Assembly (NCBI RefSeq): GCF_009914755.1
Contig: NC_060925.1
Source of the DNA: the human T2T-CHM13v2.0 reference genome, Homo sapiens
DNA: 64,000 nucleotides
Direction: 5' to 3' (one strand)
Shown in pieces: positions 63,001-64,000 of this stretch (position 1 is its first letter; every line of letters starts with the position of its first letter). The position numbers were made by a program, and so were the translations under genes. The notes below the pieces were generated by a model. The model was not told the DNA's origin and ran no database searches. It saw only the letters and a list, made by a program, of their open reading frames with translations.

Positions 63001-64000
63001 CAGCCGCTTTGAGGTCAATAGTAGAAAAGGAAATATCTTCGTAGAAAAACTAGACAGAATGATTCTCAGAAACTCCTTTGTGATGTGTGTGTTCAACTCA
63101 CAGAGTTTAACCTTTCTTTTCATAGAGCAGTTAGTAAACACTCTGTTTATAAAGTCTGCAAGTGGATATTCAGACCCCTTTGAGGCCTTCGTTGGAAACG
63201 GGATTTCTTCATATTATGCTAGACAGAAGAATTCTCAGTAACTTCCTTGTGTTGTGTGTATTCAACTGACAGAGTTGAACTTTCATTTGGAGAGAGCAGA
63301 TTTGAAACACTGTTTTTGTGGAATTTGCAAGTGGAGATTTCAAGCGCTTTGGGGCCAAAGGCAGAAAAGGAAATATCTTCGTATAAAAACTAGACAGAAT
63401 CATTCTCAGAAACTGCTGCGTGATGTGTGCGTTCAACTCTCAGAGTTTAACCTTTCTTTTCATTCAGCGGTTTGGAAACACTCTGTTTGTAAAGTCTGCA
63501 CGTGGATATTTTGACCACTTAGAGGCCTTCGTTGGAAACGGGTTTTTTTCATGTAAGGCTAGACAGAAGAATTCCCAGTAACTTCCTTGTGTTGTGTGCA
63601 TTCAACTCACAGAGTTGAACGTTCCCTTAGACAGAGCAGATTTGAAACACTCTATTTGTGCAATTTGCAAGTGTAGATTTCAAGCGCTTTAAGGTCAACG
63701 GCAGAAAAGGAAATATCTTCGTTTCAAAACTAGACAGAATCATTCCCACAAACTGCGTTGTGATGTGTTCGTTCAACTCACAGAGTTTAACCTTTCTGTT
63801 CATAGAGCAGTTAGGAAACACTCTGTTTGTAAAGTCTGTAAGTGGATATTCTGATATCTTGTGGCCTTCGTTGGAAACGGGATTTCTTCATATTCTGCTA
63901 GACAGAAGAATTCTCAGTAACTTCCTTGTGTTGTGTGTATTCAACTCACAGAGTTGAACGATCCTTTACACAGAGCAGACTTGAAACACTCTTTTTGTGG
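48050..64000 (+). repeat. Tandem macro-repeat, period 7478 bp (22 dimers / 44 monomers), 2 full copies plus the apparent start of a third
   Basis: ORF offsets 48298/55776/63254, 50504/57982, 53089/60567 and 55469/62947. Shared private variants: T-run deletion with agagttccc, ttctttggaaacgggg, ggaagctat, ttgaaaag, gtggaaattt. Confidence 0.92.
53386..55425 (+). repeat. Representative 12-monomer (2040 bp) HOR unit B-C-D-E-F-G
   Basis: Dimer order from diagnostic variants: 53429 B-like, 53736 C, 54109 D, 54428 E, 54789 F, 55129 G, then B again at 55469 (+2040). The B-C-D-E-F order recurs throughout the window. Confidence 0.8.

Larger units (their letters stand above)
1..64000 (+). repeat. Alpha satellite higher-order-repeat array, SF1 dimeric type (~340-bp J1/J2 dimer), probably the D1Z7/D5Z2/D19Z3 (S1C1/5/19H1L) active centromeric family
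   Basis: Continuous 339-341 bp periodicity (tccttgtgttgtgtg at 1, 341, 681, 1021 ...). Each unit has two related ~170-bp monomers with alphoid motifs (ctagacagaa, ttcaactcacagagtt, gaaacactc), a CENP-B box in alternate monomers and EcoRI GAATTC in most dimers. Alpha satellite/SF1 is near certain; the 1/5/19 family call is from recall and less certain (~0.75). Confidence 0.98.

Noticed and set aside
44-63957. Hundreds of 60-108 aa ORFs on both strands
   Set aside because: They recur with the 340-bp period, overlap in several frames, mostly begin at alternative start codons and show no recognisable domain. They are translations of satellite DNA and were used only as variant markers.
1-64000. 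CRISPR-like array or novel repeat-spacer system
   Set aside because: There are no unique spacers and no cas-like ORFs. The entire unit is repeated and is recognisable alpha satellite.
1-64000. Mobile-element insertion, inversion or large non-dimer indel
   Set aside because: The dimer phase is maintained throughout with only 1-bp shifts. I saw no poly-A tail, Alu/L1 sequence or strand switch.
1-64000. Specific chromosome assignment (1 vs 5 vs 19) or location of the kinetochore/CDR
   Set aside because: This needs chromosome-specific k-mer comparison and methylation or CENP-A data; it cannot be determined from this sequence by eye.
1-64000. Synthetic, model-generated centromere sequence (GRCh38-style)
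   Set aside because: Multi-kb co-linear sharing of rare variants at fixed offsets is not expected from a low-order Markov monomer model and fits a long-read assembly better.

Overview
The whole 64 kb window is one uninterrupted, single-orientation array of primate, almost certainly human, centromeric alpha satellite. It is built from about 188 copies of a ~340-bp dimer (monomers of ~171 and ~169 bp), with a CENP-B box (CTTCGTTGGAAACGGGA/T) in every second monomer and an EcoRI site in most dimers. This is the suprachromosomal family 1 (J1/J2) organisation and resembles the active D1Z7/D5Z2/D19Z3 (S1C1/5/19H1L) family; I cannot assign the chromosome by eye. There are no genes: all listed ORFs are translations of the satellite. 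I saw no transposon insertion, inversion or unique sequence, and no new protein- or RNA-coding system. The real information is in the array structure. Diagnostic SNVs and indels define seven dimer types (my labels): A (aaacattc/ttcctatag/gaacgattc), B (caatagtag/ttagtaaa), C (gaactttcatt/tttggggcc/gcacgtgg), D (gaacgttccctta/ttcccacaa), E (ggaaactatc/gaaaatctt), F (gaaggatcc/ttgtcgaa) and G (gtttattc/aaagtaaa). Reading the array in this alphabet shows an underlying B-C-D-E-F-(G/A) 12-mer, nested multi-kb duplications (offsets 3401, 4761, 7141, 7478, 9522 and 14283 bp), chimeric dimers marking breakpoints, a micro-conversion tract, six core-mutated CENP-B boxes and a change in array organisation at ~43 kb. 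Boundaries were read by eye and from the ORF-track periodicity, not from computed alignments.
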